In this document: piece by piece, positions 60,830-64,000 of the stretch
Numbering within the stretch: position 1 is the stretch's first letter
How the letters are laid out: every line of letters begins with the position of its first letter
DNA from: Mobula hypostoma
Taxonomy: Eukaryota
NCBI RefSeq assembly: GCF_963921235.1
Contig: NC_086097.1
Span: 113,090,001 to 113,154,000, forward strand
Length of the DNA stretch: 64,000 nucleotides
Direction: 5' to 3'
Translations under genes and position numbers: made by a program
Notes under the pieces: generated by a model
The model's input: only the letters and a program-made list of their open reading frames with translations
Databases searched by the model: none
Told to the model about the DNA's origin: nothing

Positions 60830-62730
60830 TCAAAGTTCACTATAAATTTACTATCAAGCATATTGTCACCATATGCTATCATGTTTTCTTGCAGGTATTT
60901 ACAGGAAAGTAAAAAAATACAATAGAACTTATGAAAAATTGTACATAACAAAGACTGATGTGCAAACAGGGACGAATCATGCAAAAAATAACTTTTTTAA
61001 AAAAAGTAAATAAATAATACTGAGAAAAGCTGTTGAATTTTTGAAAATGAGTCTGTGGATTGTGGAATCACTTCAGCATTGAGATGAGTGGAGTTATCCA
61101 CGCTGGTTCAGGAGCCTGATGCTGAAAGGATAATAACTGTTTCTGAACCTGGTAGTGTGGGACCTAACACTCCTGTACCTCCTGCCCAATTATAGTAGCG
61201 AGTGGCTTGAATATCGGGGTGCTTTAATGATGGATGTTGCTTTCTTGTGGCAGCGCTCCTTGCAAATGTGCTCAATGGTAGGGAGGAATTTAGTAGTCGT
61301 AGTCATAGTCATACTTTATTGATCCCAGGGGAAATTGGTTTTCGTTACAGTTGCACAATAAATAATAAATAGTAATAGAATAGTAATAGAAAATAGTAAT
61401 AAATAGTTAAATAGTAATATGTAAATTATGCCAGTAAATTATGAAATAAGTCCAGGACCAGCCTATTGGCTCAGGGTGTCTGACCCTCCAAGGGAGGAGT
61501 TGTAAAGTTTGATGGCCACAGGCAGGAATGACTTCCTATGACGCTCTGTGCTGCATCTCGGTGGAATGAGTCTCTCGCTGAATGTACTCCTGTGACCACC
61601 CAGTACATTATGTAGTGGATGGGAGACATTGACCAAGATGGCATGCAACTTAGACAGCATCCTCTTTTCAGACACCACTGTGAGAGAGTCCAGTGCCATC
61701 CCCACAACATCACTGGCCTTACGAATGAGTTTGCTCATTCTGTTGGTGTCTGCTACCCTCAGCCTGCTGCCCCAGCACACAGCAGCAAACATGATAGCAC
61801 TGGCCACCACAGACTCGTAGAACATCCTCAGCATCGTCCAGCAGATGTTAAAGGACCTCAGTCTCCTCAGGAAATAGAGACGGCTCTGACCCTTCTTGTA
61901 GACAGCCTCAGTGTCCTTTGACCAGTCCAGTTTATTGTCAATTCGTATCCCCAGGTATTTGTACTCCTCCACCATGTCCACACTGACCCCCTGGATGGAA
62001 ACAGGGGTCACCGGTGCCTTAGCTCTCCTCAGGTCTACCACCAGCTCCTTAGTCTTTTTCACATTAAGCTGCAGATAATTCTGCTCACACCATGTGACAA
62101 AGTTTCCTACCGTAGCCCTGTACTCAGCCTCATCTCCCTTGCTGATGCATCCAACTATGGCAGAGTCATCCGAAAACTTCTGAAGATGACAAGACTCTGT
62201 GCAGTAGTTGAAGTCCGAGGTGTAAGTGGTGAAGAGAAAGGGAGACAAGACAGTCCCCTGTGGAGACCCAGTGCTGCTGATCACTCTGTCGGACACACAG
62301 TGTTGCAAGCACACGTACTGTGGTCTGCCAGTCAGGTAATCAAGAATCCATGATACCAGGGAAGCATCCACCTGCATCGCTGTCAGCTTCTCCCCCAGCA
62401 GAGCAGGGCGGATGGTGTTGAACGCACTGGAGAAGTTCGAAAACATGACCCTCACAGTGCTCGCTGGCTTGTCCAGGTGGGCGTAGACATGGTTCAGCAG
62501 GTAGACGATGGCATCCTCAACTCCTAGTCGGGGCTGGTAGGCGAACTGGAGGGGATCTAACTGTGGCCTGACCATAGGCCGGAGCAGCTCCAGAACAAGT
62601 CTCTCCAGGGTCTTCATGATGAGGGAGGTCATTTGCCTGTGATGTCTGGGCTGCATCCACCACTTTTCCATTCCTGGGCATTGGTGTTTCCATACCAGTC
62701 CATGACGCAACCAGACAGGATACTCGACCT
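60830..62730 (-). mobile_element. Older Rex1/Babar 3' fragment (60830-61290 + 62632-62730) hosting a younger Rex1
   Basis: The host sequence ggtagggaggaattt | gcctgtgatgtctgggctg is continuous across the insert. Confidence 0.7.
61291..62631 (-). mobile_element. Young 5'-truncated Rex1 LINE with uninterrupted RT/C-terminal reading frame
   Basis: ORF 61463-62773: LDPLQFAYQP...FSSAFNTI...GSPQGTVLSPFLF...QKFSDD...YKYLGIRIDNKLDW; (ACTATG)n tail. The first ~47 ORF residues are read-through into flanking DNA. Confidence 0.92.
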
Positions 62731-62959
62731 TCCTTACTGCAGGACTGCACCTCACCTCCAGAAAACTTCTCATTGCAGTGAAATTATCTTTGGAACTGGC
62801 ATGAAAATATTCAGCTACAGCAAAAACATGTCAGAAACAAGGTCACCTGAACCTCAGTGACCAAGCTGCAGTGTTCAGACAAGGCCTGTGTGTGCTAGCT
62901 CAAAATCCATGCTCCAAGTAATCACTGATGTTTCCACTTAAGCATAGAAGAAATTGGCC

Positions 62960-63310
62960 TAAAGTTCAAAGTTCAAAGTAAAATTTATTGTCAGAGTACA
63001 TACATGTCACCACATACAACCCTGAGATTCTTTTTCTGCGGGAGTACTTAGCAAATCTATAGTCGAGTAATTGTAAACTGTAAACATCAGAGACTCTTAA
63101 TAATAAACAAACTGTGCAAATGCAGAAATAAATAATTAGCAGTAAATAACAAACATGAAATAACAATATAACAGAGTCCTTAAATGAGTGTAGTTATTCC
63201 TTTTGTTCAAGAGCCTGATGGCGGAGGGGTAGTAGCTGTTCTTGAACCTGGTGGTGCTAGTCCTGAGGCACCTGTACCTTCTACCTCATGGCAGCAGTGA
63301 GAAAAGAGTA
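62960..63310 (-). mobile_element. Rex1/Babar 3' end
   Basis: (aaagttc)n tail on + and the C-terminal HTTRFKNSYYP remnant. Confidence 0.75.
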
Positions 63311-63587
63311 AGAAACCTAACACACCCATAGCTTTCAAGAAATATCATTGCTATCCTGAACTTCACAAGACTGTTTATACACTGGCAAAGCTTTTTTTTC
63401 CCCCAAAACCATTTTCCTGTCCTTCAAAGCTCACCAAAGCTCCTCAACAACTGAGAATGAAGAACTCATTCTGTTTGATAAAAACTACAACAGTTTATTA
63501 TCAATATTCAACATACTTCAGCCTTCTGAATTTTTAGGTTTAAATGAATATTGACCTACTTGAAACAAAAACTAACCAACATATTTC

Positions 63588-64000
63588 GAGTCATAGAAGA
63601 GTACAGCACAGAAACAGGCCCTTCTGCCCATCTAGTCCATGCTGAATTATTTAAACTGCCTACTCCCATCAACCTGCAGCAGGACCATAGCCCTCCATAC
63701 CCCAACTATCCATGTACCTATCTAAACTTCTCTTAAGCATTGAAATCGAGCTCGCATGCACCACTTATGCTAGCAGATCATTCCACACTCTCACCACCCT
63801 CTGAGTGAAGAAGTTTCCCCTCATATTCTCCTTAAACTTTTCACCTTTCAGCCTTAACCCATGACCTCTCAGTGTACTCCTATCCAACCTTAGTGGAAAA
63901 AGCCTGCTTGCATTTCCCCAATCTACATCCCTCCTTATTTTGTATACCCCTATCAAATCCACTCTCAAATTTCTACATTCCGAGGAATAAAATCCTAACT
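63588..64000 (-). mobile_element. CR1 3' fragment (runs off window end)
   Basis: RVDLIGVYKI...RGHGLRLKGEKFKENMRGNFFTQRVVRVWN. Confidence 0.85.

Overview
Eukaryotic, repeat-dominated non-coding DNA (gene desert or large intron). The mix of CR1, Rex1/Babar, Penelope-like, Tc1, Tigger, Gypsy and V-domain tRNA-SINE repeats suggests a cartilaginous fish, probably a ray. That assignment is inference from repeat content only. I found no intact host gene. Nearly all listed ORFs are transposon remnants or chance ORFs; the longest (61463-62773, minus) is a 5'-truncated Rex1 reverse transcriptase with a substituted catalytic aspartate. Insertions are nested up to four levels deep. Most notable observations: (1) a covarying ~55-nt hairpin conserved next to unrelated minisatellites in three solo LTRs; (2) an unidentified GC-rich retrocopy inside a Rex1 element; (3) minimal hammerhead-ribozyme motifs in Penelope-like repeats; (4) an inverted Tc1 pair; (5) several repeat-free islands with clustered transcription-factor motifs; (6) a weak, hand-assembled in-phase exon chain. 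I cannot support a claim of a new biological system. Element boundaries were read by eye and are approximate unless a TSD or TIR is quoted.
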